Part shown: positions 47,284-58,700 of the stretch, piece after piece
How the letters are laid out: each line of letters begins with the position of its first letter
Position numbering within the stretch: the stretch's first letter is position 1
From: Candidatus Heimdallarchaeota archaeon
GTDB taxonomy: Archaea > Asgardarchaeota > Heimdallarchaeia > Hodarchaeales > Hodarchaeaceae
Length of the DNA: 64,000 nucleotides
Assembly (NCBI GenBank): GCA_011364965.1
Contig: RDOB01000004.1
Location: 262,036 to 326,035 of the forward strand
Direction of reading: 5' to 3'
Notes under the pieces: generated by a model
Told to the model about the DNA's origin: nothing
Seen by the model: the letters and a program-made list of their open reading frames with translations, nothing else
Database searches by the model: none
Position numbers and translations under genes: made by a program

Positions 47284-49446
47284 CTATGGTGCTATTGCAC
47301 CTGGAGGTATTAAATCCCACCTGATTTTCCAGATGAATATCCAATCATGAGCTGTTTGGTATGCTAACTCATAATAATCAGCATACTCTGCATATTCCGC
47401 TGAAAATCCTTTAGTTTCAGGTGCGTTATCTTCTATTGGACCATATTGAGTTATTCTATCATAAGATTCATCCGTAACGCCAGTGGTAAATAATGCCCAA
47501 AAGACTGAGTCGTAGAATTTGTCTACGTATCCAGTGATATATTGGTGCCGTGAATCGTATTCTAAATAGTCTTCTTCATTGATTTGAATAATATTCCCTG
47601 CGTCTTCGCCGATTCTAACAAACCATGGGACTTTTCCGAGATCTGAATCAAACCCATATATACCAAATCCATCTGATACTAGAACTGCAATATACGTTAC
47701 ATCATAAATTTTAGCAATTTTTAAAGACTCTCGCGGGTTTAGAACAAGCATACATCCTACATTCGCAATCTTAGTCTTATTAATAGTTGCATTATCTACC
47801 AAAATTGTCGTATTCGAATTTCCACTTATCCAGTATCCATAATCCCACCAAGATGCTGTTACATCTGTAGCTCCTGTATTGTAATCGAGCCATCCTATTG
47901 CTTCTTGCCAATCGTTTCCAATAATGGCTCCACCTGTTCCTGAGGGAACCACAGTTAGTATTGAAGGCGGAGATGCCGAGTTTGTTGCTGCATCAGTTGC
48001 TGTGAGTATTGATAATAAGAGGAAGATGCCAATAAAGCTGAACGCGATTGCGGTAAGTTCATTTGAGAGTGGTTGTATAAATCGTGTTTTTCTTCTTGAA
48101 AGAGCAAACCGTTCTTGAAATGTTAAGACAAATGGTAATAGAATTTGATCTACCGCTTTTGCAGTTAATAAAGCTGCGGCTGGGGCTAATATTAAGGCTA
48201 ATCTGACCATTGATCCTGCAAAATATATCGATGTAACTCCAAATAATAGTAAAAGCAGGTTCCTTTCGGTAGGTTTTTCATAAAGAAAATATATTCCTAG
48301 AGGCAGGAAGAAAATCAATAAACCAACATTTCTAAAGAATGTTGACCAAACCACAATTTGATGTTCACTTACAGACTTTAAAATTGGTGTTGTGTCTCGT
48401 ATGAAAGGAAATATTACCGTAATAAATTTGGATGATAGATTAAACAATGTCCCAGATAACAATAATATTCCAAGACCTAAGATACCACCTGCCACAACAA
48501 TTGGTAAAAGTGATCTTACTCGATTTATAATTGGTTGTGTATTGTAGAAGGATTGGATATATTGATAAAGCTCTACTAAAAAGATTAATCCAAAAACTCC
48601 GAGGGGAACCAGAGCATCCGTATTTAATAACGAGCTTGGCCCATTTCTAGGTATTAAAGCACTAATGAATAAGCCAATAAGAACTGAACCACCATACGAG
48701 ACAAAAAGACGGTTTGAATGCTTTTTCATAATTAATAAAACGAATGCATGAAGTGCTAATACATTAAAAACGTAAGTTGATGCTCCCCATGAACCTGAGA
48801 GTATCCCAAGACATAATCCTGCAATCATTGTGGAATATAAAGAACCCGTTCTCAAGGATCTTGCGTAAAAATAAAGAGATAAAACGAGGAATAATATTCC
48901 TAATGCTTCGTTATCAAAAAATCCTGCTGTAGTTCGTTGTAAATGTCCAGCTGATAATGCTAAGAACAAAGATGCCATCAAACCAATTTTTTTATTCCCC
49001 AGTTCTTTTCCAAGAAAATACATTGCAATTGTAGTTATGGCGCCAAATAAAGCAGGCTGAAAGAAGCATATAACTTCAAGAGGAATATCTAATCCAATAA
49101 GCAGAGTAAATTGATGAATCAAAACAGCAGAGAGCGGTGTCCCGATGTATTGACTTTTTCCCCAAAATCTTCCCTCGGGGTACCAGGTTTGAGTATCAAC
49201 CCAGCTAAAAAATGCAAAAAGACCATTTTGCTCAATATACTGTGCTGCTCGAAATTGAGAAAAAGGGTCATTAGCAGATAAAATTATTTCGTACCGAAAT
49301 ATTGTTAAAATCCTAAAAAAGTATGCAATGATAAAGATTAATACTAATGCGGCATAACCAAAGACCATTTCTTTGCTAATAGTTGTTGCTGCAGTGTTAT
49401 AGCGATTTCTGAGATCGTTTACAATTTTATCAACGATAACTGGCAT
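47284..49446 (-). CDS. aglB: Oligosaccharyltransferase AglB/STT3
   Basis: NDPF..FR, WYPEGR, AGFFDNE, SVSEHQ, WWDYGY, DNAT. Confidence 0.95.
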   Translation of the reverse strand: MPVIVDKIVNDLRNRYNTAATTISKEMVFGYAALVLIFIIAYFFRILTIFRYEIILSANDPFSQFRAAQYIEQNGLFAFFSWVDTQTWYPEGRFWGKSQYIGTPLSAVLIHQFTLLIGLDIPLEVICFFQPALFGAITTIAMYFLGKELGNKKIGLMASLFLALSAGHLQRTTAGFFDNEALGILFLVLSLYFYARSLRTGSLYSTMIAGLCLGILSGSWGASTYVFNVLALHAFVLLIMKKHSNRLFVSYGGSVLIGLFISALIPRNGPSSLLNTDALVPLGVFGLIFLVELYQYIQSFYNTQPIINRVRSLLPIVVAGGILGLGILLLSGTLFNLSSKFITVIFPFIRDTTPILKSVSEHQIVVWSTFFRNVGLLIFFLPLGIYFLYEKPTERNLLLLLFGVTSIYFAGSMVRLALILAPAAALLTAKAVDQILLPFVLTFQERFALSRRKTRFIQPLSNELTAIAFSFIGIFLLLSILTATDAATNSASPPSILTVVPSGTGGAIIGNDWQEAIGWLDYNTGATDVTASWWDYGYWISGNSNTTILVDNATINKTKIANVGCMLVLNPRESLKIAKIYDVTYIAVLVSDGFGIYGFDSDLGKVPWFVRIGEDAGNIIQINEEDYLEYDSRHQYITGYVDKFYDSVFWALFTTGVTDESYDRITQYGPIEDNAPETKGFSAEYAEYADYYELAYQTAHDWIFIWKIRWDLIPPGAIAP

Positions 49447-49623
49447 CTCGTTTACTCACCAATGGAATCCTCTGTATTTATTCTCCTGAAATTAAGAACA
49501 TAATAAGCATAAAAGAGAAAGGCTTACTTGACTTACAAACGGCACTCTTTTTTTCTAGCTTTTTTTAATTTTGTAATACAATATTTTGAACTTCTCATCT
49601 CTCTTCGGGTGTGATATGTATTT

Positions 49624-49965
49624 ATGACGGCAAAACAGCCCCTAGATCTCGATTTAGAATTGTTTGAACTCAAGTTTCCTGGTAAACTTATAGGTAAAGC
49701 AGTAATTGATGCAAATGCAAGGATGATAGGCGTCATACGGAACGTTCGAGTTCAAATTCCATCTTCTACAATCAGTTTGATTATCAAAGGTCTTGATACG
49801 GAATTTACAATTAAATCTGAAAATATTCAGGCTATTGGTAATGTAATTCAGTTAAATGTGAATATTAAACACTCTGAGCCCATTGAAATTAATGATATTA
49901 TTCGTTTAAGAAATGAAATTAAAGAGGAAATTGACCATTTCTTTCAAGTTCTTCAATCTAGATGA
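49624..49965 (+). CDS. PRC-barrel domain protein
   Basis: KLIGKAVIDANARMIGVI...I..ENIQAIGNVIQL. Confidence 0.7.
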   Translation: MTAKQPLDLDLELFELKFPGKLIGKAVIDANARMIGVIRNVRVQIPSSTISLIIKGLDTEFTIKSENIQAIGNVIQLNVNIKHSEPIEINDIIRLRNEIKEEIDHFFQVLQSR

Positions 49966-49974
49966 ACATTGGAG

Positions 49975-50352
49975 TTAGGTTAAATTTCTAAGATTCTGTA
50001 AGACTTCAATGATTTCTTTGATCAGATTAAGAATCTCTCTGATCTCGGGGATGTCTTCTGAGGAAGCTATTTTTTGAGCAAGAAAGTTCATTTTCCCCGT
50101 TAAGATATCTTGTAATGTAGCTTGTGTCTCTGAAAACGAATATTTCTGTTCAATCTCCTTTGCTTCGTTCTCTGTACTCGCGTAGATTGCCTGCTTCTTG
50201 CATTTTGGACAAAATATCTTATCTTTTTTTTTAAAAAGGGGAACATTGCAATCTGGACATGATTCCGCCATCATCGTGGCCCCTGTTAGTAAAAGTTTAC
50301 TTATTTCCTTGAAATACTTTGATTCTTCGAAATTTTTATTGGACAAATCCAT
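49975..50352 (-). CDS. UPF0148/autoantigen p27-like Zn-ribbon protein
   Basis: LLLTGATMMAESCPDCNVPLF...FCPKC. Confidence 0.85.
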   Translation of the reverse strand: MDLSNKNFEESKYFKEISKLLLTGATMMAESCPDCNVPLFKKKDKIFCPKCKKQAIYASTENEAKEIEQKYSFSETQATLQDILTGKMNFLAQKIASSEDIPEIREILNLIKEIIEVLQNLRNLT

Positions 50353-50356
50353 TTCC

Positions 50357-52954
50357 TCATTCTATTTCTAGTTTTAGAGCAAATTTGTCTTTTATTATGA
50401 AATCTTTATTTTGATTGTCGATTTTGTCAAGGATAATCTTTTTGATATTGTGCATTTCTCTTAAATCAGATATATACTCTTTGAGTTCCTCTGGTAGAAT
50501 TAGAACTTTCAAAGTACCCTTTAATGAAAGTCCATTATCCTTTTTTGATTTCCATATAAAAGAATTTAATTCTATTAGATCTTTTGTAATTTCTAATTCT
50601 TCATTCTTACCGTACTGTGATCGGGGAAAAGTTTCACTGTGAATACTATCTTTAGGCTCATATAAGTTTTGATAAATTGCCTCTGTAATAAATGGAGTAA
50701 TAGGAGCAAGTAGTTTCAGGATCTCTTTCAATGTATAGTGTAATGTATACCGAGCGCTAGAAATATCATCCTGATTGCCGTTTTTTTCTTTGTATGCCCT
50801 AGATTTTACCATTTCGATGTAATGAGGGGCATATATATTCCATACCCAGTTATAAATATTCTCTGCGGGGATTGAGAAGTCTAAATTTTCGTAACCATCT
50901 GTACAGCGGTGAATAAGTGCATCTAAACTTCTTAAAATCCATTCATCAGTTGAATTGAATTTGGATGGCTTTTCGGTAACTGGGAAGGAAGAAATAAATC
51001 TGGCAATATTCCACAGTTTTGTTATAAATCGTGCATTTCCATCTAATTTTGATAGAGAGAATCTAATATCAGATCCATGACTTCCCTGTAAACAAGAGGT
51101 CAATCGAACACTATCTGCTCCATAATAAATATCGAGATCTGATTCTTTTCCAATGAATTTTGAGGAAGTTTCCTTTTCTGCAATAACCTTCCAGCTATTT
51201 CGATCCGGTATTAAGGTTTCTGGAGTATTTTTAGGTAAAAATTTGGGTTGTAAAAATATCAATGGATCCACACTATTACCTGTACTCTTTGACATCTTTC
51301 CTCCATATGGATCTCTAATTAATCCAGATATCCATACTTGTTTAAACGGGGGTTTCCTAAATAAGTGATAGGAACGAAGTATGGTATAGTATAGCCATGT
51401 TCTTACAATTTCTTTGCCCTGAGGTCGAATAGAACAGGGAAAATTTTGCTCAAAAAAGTCATTCTGTTTTTCAAAGAAGATATTACTATAATTACACGCA
51501 GCAAGTTCTGAAATAGAAGAATCGAACCATGTGTCAAATGTTCTAGATTCACCAATCGCTTTTTTAAGAGAATTCCCACATTTTGAACAAGCTTTCAAAG
51601 GTGAAGGTTCTTTCCATGCGTCATAATATCTATCCAAAATATCTTCTTTGGGTACATTTGGGGATTTACACTTAGGACAATACCATATTGGTATAGATGT
51701 GCCATAAAATCGTCTACGTGAAATTGCCCAATCAATGGTTAATGATTTCATCCAATTGTCAAGAATGATTTTACTAACTAAAGGATAGAAGCGCATTTCC
51801 TCCGCAAGCGATTCTAGCTCTGGAAGTACATCTATTTGTTTCAAATAATACTCATCCATGGTAATAATTTCTATGGGAGTTTTTGATCTCCAGCATATCG
51901 GGACTCTTCTTTCTAAAGGAGATTCTCCCAGCAGGTCACCACTTTTTTTTAAGTCTTCCACAATTAATGCTTGAGCATCTTTTGTTGTTTTTCCTTGATA
52001 TACTCCAGCTACAGAGTTCAATAATCCATTCGCTTCAATCATGGTTTCTGGATCATTGATATCAAATTCTCTTAAGATTTTTACATCCGATTTATCGCCA
52101 TAAGCACATATCATCATAATACCTGTTCCAAACTCTGGATCAGCTTCTCTGTGCCCTCGAATTGGTACTAACTTTTTAAAAATAGGCGTTATCGCGTTTT
52201 TTCCTTCTAAGTGAGTATATCTCTTATCTGATGGATGATAAATAACAAGCTCGCAGGTTGGAATCAATTCAGGCCTTGTAGTAGCAATTGTTATTGATTC
52301 TTCTAGTTCCTCTACACCGAATTTCACTTGATATAGTTTAGATTTATCAAATTTGTATTCTATTTCCGCGTCTGCTATTGTTGTCCCACAATCTATGCAC
52401 CAGTTATTTGGCCTTGTTGCTGCATAAATTAAATCTTCATGCCATGCCTTACAAAACGTTTTTTGGGTATTAAATCTATATGAAGCAGAATCTGTTCTAT
52501 AAAAAATCTCTGGAGAGCCATAAAATGTATTACATGATAATCCCATCCACTTCATTACCTGAATTGTGTTTTCCTCAGAGATATCTAATTCCGACTTGCA
52601 TAGTTGCAGAAATTCTTCTCTATCCATATCATGCATACTTTTTCCGAGTTTTTGCTCTACCTTTACTTCAACTGGTAGTCCATTTCTATCAGCACAGGCA
52701 GGGAATATAACATTTTTTCCAAGCATCCGATAATAGCGAGCTATCATATCGATTTGAGCGTAATGGACTGCAAATCCAAGATGGGCTTTTCCAGAAATAT
52801 AGGGAGGCGGAGTGTCTATAATGTAATTCTCCTGGTTTGAGTTCGGGATGTACTTAAAGGTTTCATTCTTTTCCCAATATTCTAATATTTCACGTTCAGA
52901 TATTGCTTTCCATCTTTTTTTCTTCAATTTTGGCTTGAATGACATTTTATTCAC
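50357..52954 (-). CDS. valS: Valine--tRNA ligase (archaeal type)
   Basis: IDTPPPY, HLGF (HIGH), ATTRPEL, DWAISRRR, DTWFDSS, KMSKS. Confidence 0.93.
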   Translation of the reverse strand: MNKMSFKPKLKKKRWKAISEREILEYWEKNETFKYIPNSNQENYIIDTPPPYISGKAHLGFAVHYAQIDMIARYYRMLGKNVIFPACADRNGLPVEVKVEQKLGKSMHDMDREEFLQLCKSELDISEENTIQVMKWMGLSCNTFYGSPEIFYRTDSASYRFNTQKTFCKAWHEDLIYAATRPNNWCIDCGTTIADAEIEYKFDKSKLYQVKFGVEELEESITIATTRPELIPTCELVIYHPSDKRYTHLEGKNAITPIFKKLVPIRGHREADPEFGTGIMMICAYGDKSDVKILREFDINDPETMIEANGLLNSVAGVYQGKTTKDAQALIVEDLKKSGDLLGESPLERRVPICWRSKTPIEIITMDEYYLKQIDVLPELESLAEEMRFYPLVSKIILDNWMKSLTIDWAISRRRFYGTSIPIWYCPKCKSPNVPKEDILDRYYDAWKEPSPLKACSKCGNSLKKAIGESRTFDTWFDSSISELAACNYSNIFFEKQNDFFEQNFPCSIRPQGKEIVRTWLYYTILRSYHLFRKPPFKQVWISGLIRDPYGGKMSKSTGNSVDPLIFLQPKFLPKNTPETLIPDRNSWKVIAEKETSSKFIGKESDLDIYYGADSVRLTSCLQGSHGSDIRFSLSKLDGNARFITKLWNIARFISSFPVTEKPSKFNSTDEWILRSLDALIHRCTDGYENLDFSIPAENIYNWVWNIYAPHYIEMVKSRAYKEKNGNQDDISSARYTLHYTLKEILKLLAPITPFITEAIYQNLYEPKDSIHSETFPRSQYGKNEELEITKDLIELNSFIWKSKKDNGLSLKGTLKVLILPEELKEYISDLREMHNIKKIILDKIDNQNKDFIIKDKFALKLEIE

Positions 52955-53359
52955 TTCTTATCGTTGCTGGATAATATATAATAGTTTCCGTAGTTTCCGT
53001 TTGTATATTGAAGATCAAATTAACTGATTCCAGAGAATTATAAAAATCTTGATTGTAATAAGCAGATTCAATATCAAAGAAAAAGCAGAGACAATAAAAC
53101 AATGTGAGTTTATACGGTTCTCTAATTGCTGGACAAGATTCCAGAATTAACAAAATGATCCCAGCTTTGAATCACCGTAATCACCTAATTTAATCAATGA
53201 AAAGAAACTCTTTTTAAATCTTCATTCTGCGACTTAATGTACTCTTTACAATTCATATCACTTTTATTAAAAGATTAAATTAACAGGGGTTGTTAAAACA
53301 ATCTTATTATTGGTAATGGTCTTGAAATCACCATTTCATTAATTAAAGGAGATTCTGGA

Positions 53360-54448
53360 TTGACACGAGATATTCTAGCTGAAGAGCAACTTAAATTGGA
53401 GTTAAGACGTGTCTTATCCAAATATTTTCTCAGGCAAATCGAGGATTTAATCCGAAACCAAACTGGAGCTTTTTTTCCTGTGGAAGGTATTCATTCTCTT
53501 GAGCTCGGGCAACGTCTTGGCAGAAGAAAAGAGTTACAATTGATGAATATTACAGTTGTAGATTCTTTGCAAAATCGTAAATTTTCTCTTGATCTAGCAT
53601 TTAAATTTCTTCAGAATGCTGATGCTGCTGTTGAAGAAGGTAACGGAGCTGTATGGCTGGGTGAAATACTGAAAACTAATTATAAGGTTCATACATCTCA
53701 GTTGCTATATTTCTCTCATTCTAATTCTCTTCTGATCTACGAAGGCTTAAAAGGTACTCAAGAATTCTTTGAAAGCCCATTAGACGAACCTCAGAAACTC
53801 TTTCTAGCTGGGCTGGCTCTGCCTTATATTCATGGGATTTTTAGACAAAAAGTCCAAGTAGATAGATATTTACACTTAATAACAAATGTCCTCAATGGAA
53901 TCCCATTTAATCCTGATGAAAAAGAAAACCTCAAGTCCTTATTTCAACCTGATCTACGAAAAATAGGTCTTAGTGAATCTGGGGCTAATTGCTTTGGAGA
54001 TTATCATCCTGGTAATATCATGTTTAAGGATTCAGAATATAAAACATCTAATACTGGAGATATTAAAATTGACCACACTGAAATCTTCTTAATAGATCCT
54101 GCGTACCTGGATCGGTCAGGAAATATTGATCGTGGTGAAGATATTGGCACTTTTTTTGCTAAATTTGCATATAATGATTTCATTATGTCTCAATCATTTG
54201 ATAGATGTGTTTCTGATTTTGACTTAATCTGTAAAGGATATGACCATACTATATCTCAGAATGGGGTAAGACTGAAGGAATTTTATCCAGAAGGAACAAC
54301 TTTTAATTTCCATATTGCTTTAGGAATCCTAATAGACACAATGTTTAAGATTCGAAGTGCAAGTATTTCTAATCCCGAAACTCGCATAAGATCAACTTAT
54401 GAAGCAGTAAAAAACATTCTCACGGAATGTCCGTTTGATTTATCCTAA
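53360..54448 (+). CDS. APH/protein-kinase-like phosphotransferase
   Basis: AFK, GDYHPGNI catalytic loop, LIDP, EDIG. Confidence 0.7.
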   Translation: MTRDILAEEQLKLELRRVLSKYFLRQIEDLIRNQTGAFFPVEGIHSLELGQRLGRRKELQLMNITVVDSLQNRKFSLDLAFKFLQNADAAVEEGNGAVWLGEILKTNYKVHTSQLLYFSHSNSLLIYEGLKGTQEFFESPLDEPQKLFLAGLALPYIHGIFRQKVQVDRYLHLITNVLNGIPFNPDEKENLKSLFQPDLRKIGLSESGANCFGDYHPGNIMFKDSEYKTSNTGDIKIDHTEIFLIDPAYLDRSGNIDRGEDIGTFFAKFAYNDFIMSQSFDRCVSDFDLICKGYDHTISQNGVRLKEFYPEGTTFNFHIALGILIDTMFKIRSASISNPETRIRSTYEAVKNILTECPFDLS

Positions 54449-55338
54449 GGAAGGTTAATATTCAGAAGAATATAAAGGAAGAGGGCTAAAAAAGCGCTAA
54501 GGAGCGCTGAAGTCAAATTAACAAGATCATTATTAAGGAATGGGATACCTCGAATCAATTTTGTTGTATTCCCACAAGAATGAGATTTTTTCTCAGTTTC
54601 TTTTAGGCAATGCTCACAATAATAAATTGCTTGGATTGTAGCTCCTTCTATTGAATCAATCAATCCTCCTCCTAATCCAATAATAACCATTCCGAGAAAA
54701 AGAGGAAGAATGCATTTTTCATGTGGGTAGATAAATGAAAATGCACAACAATAAATTCCTGAGGTAAATGAGGATCCAATTATCCCTGAGATTGTACCAA
54801 TTAATGTTATTCCTCCACTAGTGCCAGAAGGTACAGTCTGAGAAAGTTTAGTAATTAACCTTGGTTTTTGAGGTGAAAATATTCCTAATTCGGTCATCCA
54901 TGTGTCTGACGTGTGAGTTGCAATCGCTGAAAAAGCTCCGAACAACCAAGGGGAGTTAAGAGGCATATTAGGTAGTCCAGCTGCCAAATTTGGGAAAAAA
55001 TCTATAACTAAATAAAGGAGGCCGAAGATAATTGAGGGAAAACTATTTGAAAACACTTGCCAACTATCTCTTTTTGTACCTTTCGCAAAATTTTCTAAAA
55101 TCTCCTTTTTATATGAAATTCTCCATTTTGAAATTACTGAAGAGCTTATAAAGAATGTAACAAACGCTATCCATAATATAGGTGAAATAATAAATATTAA
55201 CAAAGTTGCTATAGCCCCCGCGACTGTTCCTCCAGGTACAGTAAGGTATTCCTTTTTTAAAATTACGAACAAAAGTGGAAAGTTTAAAACAATTCCAATA
55301 ATTATCGATTGTAAAAGATATTCGATAATAGGTTCCAC
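54445..55338 (-). CDS. DUF92/TMEM19 membrane protein
   Basis: RDSWQVFSN, SDTWMTELG, VPSGTSGGIT, DSIEGAT, NNDLVN. Confidence 0.9.
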   Translation of the reverse strand: MEPIIEYLLQSIIIGIVLNFPLLFVILKKEYLTVPGGTVAGAIATLLIFIISPILWIAFVTFFISSSVISKWRISYKKEILENFAKGTKRDSWQVFSNSFPSIIFGLLYLVIDFFPNLAAGLPNMPLNSPWLFGAFSAIATHTSDTWMTELGIFSPQKPRLITKLSQTVPSGTSGGITLIGTISGIIGSSFTSGIYCCAFSFIYPHEKCILPLFLGMVIIGLGGGLIDSIEGATIQAIYYCEHCLKETEKKSHSCGNTTKLIRGIPFLNNDLVNLTSALLSAFLALFLYILLNINLP

Positions 55339-55750
55339 TTTGGTTCAAATTTATTCTAATAATAATTCTATAATTTATTCTTTGTATGATAAAAATTTCA
55401 TTATTAAATTAGCATCGAATGATTTGGTAACATTATCTGTAAAATATACTCAAAAATAGATAAAAATAATAATTTGGTTGGATTATGAATCTTTTTTGTT
55501 CAAGTAGTATCAAATTTAAATTCAGCTTAATTTAGGTATAATTGCCTTCCTGTATGAGCTTTACTAGTCTTTGCATTTATTAAGACTAAATTTCCCAATT
55601 AAATGATGCTATTTAACTTTCTTACGGTAATTTATGGTTAGAGGTTTGAAATACGCGTTTTAATCCAACGATGGGTGATTATCCAGATATTATCTCTAGT
55701 GTGAGCATTTATCAGAAGGTAATAAAGTAACTTAAGAAGGGAACCAAATA

Positions 55751-58700
55751 TTGGATCAAATTTCCAACGATGATAAGTGGGAAGTCCTTAAATCCATGTA
55801 TAATGAATTTGGATTGGTAAGACAGCATCTTCATTCTTTTAATGAATTCGTTGAAAAGAAATTGAACGAAATCGTTCAAGAACGTCCTAAAATTGAACCC
55901 GATATTGAAGGCTTTTATGTTAAACTGGCAGGGATAGAAGTTGGTGAACCTTCAGTTAGAGAAGCTGATGGATCTGAAAGAGCAATACATCCAATGGAAG
56001 CCCGTATTCGTAATCTAATTTACTCTGCTCCATTGAACCTAAAAATGAGACCTGTTTATGTAACTGCAGGGGTTGAGGAAGAAAGGGAAGAAGTCATTGC
56101 ATATATTGGCCGTTTACCAATTATGTTAAAATCCAAATCATGTTTATTGTATAATTTGAATAGAGAAGAGTTAATCAGATTGGGTGAAGACCCTGAAGAC
56201 CCTGGCGGATACTTTATTGTAAATGGATCGGAGCGAGTGATTGTAACACAGGAATATCTGGTTTCTAATCGTGTACTCGTTGATGAAGGTAGAAAAGGCT
56301 CATCTACAACAGCAGTTGCTAAGGTTTTCAGTACCGTTGCTGGATTCCGTTCTTTAGTATCAGTTCAAAGAAGGAAAGATGGCAGGTTATTAGTTAATTT
56401 CTTCAGTGTTCCTCGACCATTACCTTTAGCAGTTTTGATTAAGGCTTTGGGAGTAACAATAGATCGTGATATTGCAAATCTCGTTTCTAATGATCCTGAA
56501 ATTATCCAAGAGTTACTTCCGACATTAAGAGAAGCTGCTGAAATCGTAGACCAAGAGGAAGCTTTAGATTTCATTGGTAAGAGGGTTGCTGTCGGACAAA
56601 CTCGTCAATATCGTATTTTAAGAGCGAAACAGGTTCTTGATAATTATCTTTTACCTCACGTTGGAAAAGATGAATCTTATAGAAGCCAAAAAGCACTTTA
56701 TTTGGCACAAATGTCTCTTAAAGTTATTGAACTCAACCTTGGTAGAATTGAAGCCGATGATAAAGATCATTATGCAAATAAACGTTTAAAATTAGCTGGA
56801 GAAATGCTTACTAGTCTATTCAGAGTTGCTTTCCATTCATTATATCGGGATATAAAGTATCAACTAGAGAAAGGAGCAAGAAGGGGAAAAATTCCTAATT
56901 TAAGAGTAGCTATGCGTGCAGATGTGATTACTGAGCGAATCCGACATGCCTTGGCTACTGGAAACTGGGTGGGAGGAAAAGCTGGTGTTTCGCAATTACT
57001 TGATCGTACAAATTACATGTCGACATATAGTCATTTGAGACGTGTAATTAGTCCGTTGATACGTAGCCAAGCACATTTTGAAGCGAGAGATCTCCATGCC
57101 ACTCATTGGGGGAAAATCTGTCCAAATGAGACTCCTGAAGGACCAAATTGCGGATTAGTTAAAAATCTCGCAATGCAAGCCTATATATCAATTGGATCCC
57201 CTGAAAAACCTGTAAAAGACTTCATTTTCAATAATTGTGATATTACACCGGTCGAAGAATCAATAGATCATGCTGGAATACATATTCTTCTTAATGGTAA
57301 CCTGATATGCACTACTCGAAAACCTGATGAAACATTCCATCTTATTCGAGAAGCTCGTCGGACATCTAAGCTTCATCCTGAGATTAATCTTGCATATTTT
57401 CCCGAGAATCGTGTCATTTCTATAAACACCGATGAGGGTAGAGTTAGACGTCCATTAATTATTCTAGATAAAGCTAAGGAAGGATCAAAGTTAGCCTCTG
57501 TTCCTCGTCTGAAGGTACATCACATCGAAAAACTCAGAAAGAAAGATCTGACCTTTTCGGATCTAGTGAACGATGGTATCATTGAGTTCCTTGATGCAGA
57601 AGAAGAAGAAAATGCATACATTGCCATGACATTTGAAGAGATTGAAGCGGGGCATACTCATGTTGAAATATCCCCCTCTGCTATTCTTGGAATATGTGCT
57701 TCGATTATTCCATATGCTGAACATAACCAATCACCTAGGAATACTTACGAAGCAGGAATGACGAAACAAGCTCTTGGTTTATATGCCTCGAATTTTTATT
57801 TTAGGACTGATAGACGTGCTCATATTTTACAAGCTCCTCAGATTCCTCTCGTAGGTAGCAAAGCAATGGATGTAATCGGTTTTAATGACCGACCTGCAGG
57901 ACAGAATTTCATTGTGGCAATTTTAAGTTTTCAGGGTTATAATATTGAAGATGCTATCATCTTAAACAGAGCCAGTGTCGAGCGGGGATTAGCTCGTAGT
58001 CATTTCTTCCGATCTTACGTTGCTGAAGAGAAAAAATATCTTGGTGGTCAGGAAGATCGGTTTGAAATTCCCCAGAAGGGGGTTCGCGGTTACAGAGCCA
58101 AGGAAGTTTATCGTCATCTTAGTGAAGTTGACGGAATAATCGACCCTGAGATTGAAGTTGGAGGAGGAGATATACTAGTTGGCAGGACATCTCGTCCTAG
58201 ATTCTTGGAAGAATATATTGAGCTAGAATCCCTAGAATCCTCAACTCCCCAACGTCGTGAAACAAGTATTGCCATTCGTCATGGAGAAAAAGGTATTGTA
58301 GATGGAGTCATATTAACCGAAACTTCTGAGGGGAGCACATTGGTGAAAATTAAAGTTCGTGATCAGCGAATTCCTGAGTTAGGGGATAAATTTGCGTCTC
58401 GTCATGGACAAAAAGGAATTATTGGTCATATTGTCCCTCAAACTGATATGCCATTTACTGAGGAAGGAATTGTGCCTGATTTAATCATTAATCCCCACGC
58501 TATTCCGAGTAGAATGACCGTAGGACAGATCATCGAATGTATGAGTGCAATCGTCGCCTGTTATGATGGTAAACAAATCGATGCGACTCTTTTTGAGTCT
58601 CCAGATCCTGAAGATATAGCAAGTAGTTTGAGGAAGTTAGGATTCCATCCTTATGCGGAGTCAGTAATGTATGACGGAATAAATGGACAAATGCTTCCTG

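Noticed and set aside
52947-53153. 68-aa ORF upstream of valS
   Set aside because: No recognisable motif and a weak start; it cannot be supported.
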